Source: a virus. Taken from it: a DNA stretch of 64,000 nucleotides. The notes beneath the pieces are model-generated. The model made no database searches, had not been told where the DNA came from, and was given only the letters and a program-made list of their open reading frames with translations. The translations under genes and the position numbers were made by a program. Location: IMG/VR virus record IMGVR_UViG_3300032291_003216, positions 6,207 to 70,206 of that record; one strand, 5' to 3'. Shown here one piece after another: positions 63,322-64,000 of the stretch. Every line of letters starts with the position of its first letter. Position 1 is the first letter of the stretch.

Positions 63322-64000
63322 GCCGTCGCCCCCTTCGCTTCGGCAGCGTGTGCAGCGGCATCGAGGCAGCGTCCGCCGCGTGGGAGCCCCTCGGCTGGCT
63401 CCCCGTGTGGTTTGCGGAGATCGAGCCGTTCCCGAGCGCCGTACTGGCGCATCACTACCCCGACGTGCCGAACCTCGGAGACATGACGCGCCTCGCCGCG
63501 CGCATCCTTGCAGGAGAGGTCGAGGCGCCGGACATCTTCGTCGGCGGCACGCCGTGCCAGTCGTTCTCCGTGGCCGGGCTGCGGAAGGGGCTGGACGATC
63601 CGCGAGGCCAGCTGACCCGCTCGTTCGTGGAGATCGCGGACGCTATCGACACCGTTCGGGCCGCGCAGGGACTGCCGCCCGCCGTCATCCTCTGGGAAAA
63701 CGTACCGGGAGTACTGAGTGACAATGGAAACGCCTTCGGCAACTTCCTCGGCGCGCTCGTGGGGGAAGACATCGCCCTTGACCCATCAGGGGGAAAGTGG
63801 ACGAACGCTGGTCTTGTGCTTGGACCCGCGCGAGAAGTCTGCTGGCGCGTCTTGGACGCCCAGTACTTCGGAGTGGCCCAACGACGCCGTCGTGTGTTCG
63901 TTGTCGCAGGTTCTCGAACCGGCGGAGTCCGTGCCTCGCAGGTTCTACTTGTCGAGTCGGGCGTGCGCCGGGATTCTCCGCCGAGCCTAGAAGCGGGGCA
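63318..64000 (+). CDS. dcm: DNA (cytosine-5) methyltransferase, truncated by the window end
   Basis: SVCSGIEA, EIEPF, GGTPCQSFS, WENVPG, QRRRRVF. Confidence 0.92.
   Translation, partial: MSRRPLRFGSVCSGIEAASAAWEPLGWLPVWFAEIEPFPSAVLAHHYPDVPNLGDMTRLAARILAGEVEAPDIFVGGTPCQSFSVAGLRKGLDDPRGQLTRSFVEIADAIDTVRAAQGLPPAVILWENVPGVLSDNGNAFGNFLGALVGEDIALDPSGGKWTNAGLVLGPAREVCWRVLDAQYFGVAQRRRRVFVVAGSRTGGVRASQVLLVESGVRRDSPPSLEAG
63718..63990 (+). CDS. nested alternative-frame ORF, EcoHK31I beta-subunit-like
   Basis: EWPNDAVVCSLSQVLE...YLSSRACAGILRRA; GGGAG upstream of the GTG. Confidence 0.55.
   Translation: MTMETPSATSSARSWGKTSPLTHQGESGRTLVLCLDPREKSAGASWTPSTSEWPNDAVVCSLSQVLEPAESVPRRFYLSSRACAGILRRA

Noticed and set aside
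63988-63990. Genome-wide TAG recoding
   Set aside because: Many clear genes end at TAG (polA, scaffold-upstream gene, DUF932-like, WYL) with the next gene or a hairpin immediately after
1-64000. Integrase, transposase, tRNA, rRNA, reverse transcriptase/DGR, intron or intein
   Set aside because: No recognisable motifs seen by eye; absence not confirmed computationally

Overview
The window is a ~64 kb, very GC-rich stretch of a tailed dsDNA bacteriophage (podovirus-like; host not identifiable). No host genes, integrase, tRNA or CRISPR array were seen. Layout: (i) 1-26.1 kb, minus strand: virion genes (small basic proteins, major capsid, tail tube/nozzle-like proteins, ejection proteins, a 3366-aa polyvalent protein, a holin-like gene). 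(ii) 26.1-31.7 kb, plus strand: terminase large subunit, portal and scaffold, diverging from (i). (iii) 31.7-34.9 kb: lytic transglycosylase cluster and an RNAP alpha-CTD/RHH-like protein. (iv) 34.9-36.5 kb: largely non-coding, with repeats, a palindrome and a GATC cluster; probable genome end or packaging site. (v) 36.5-43.6 kb, plus strand: small early genes separated by stereotyped hairpins. (vi) 43.8-62.9 kb, minus strand: replication, recombination and modification genes (TerS-like, DUF927 helicase, Rad50-like ATPase, UDG-PolA fusion, Dam, SSB, Sak4-like ATPase, Cas4-like nuclease, Mom, SNF2). (vii) XRE repressor and a C5 methyltransferase running off the end. Most notable: a 13-bp palindromic operator (TACCG-N3-CGGTA) at about 14 intergenic promoter sites; an HhH-GPD glycosylase-like domain inside the giant virion protein; symmetric bidirectional extended -10 promoters; an alpha-CTD-like phage regulator; and an alternative-frame beta subunit nested in the methyltransferase. 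All family calls come from motif recognition by eye, not database searches.
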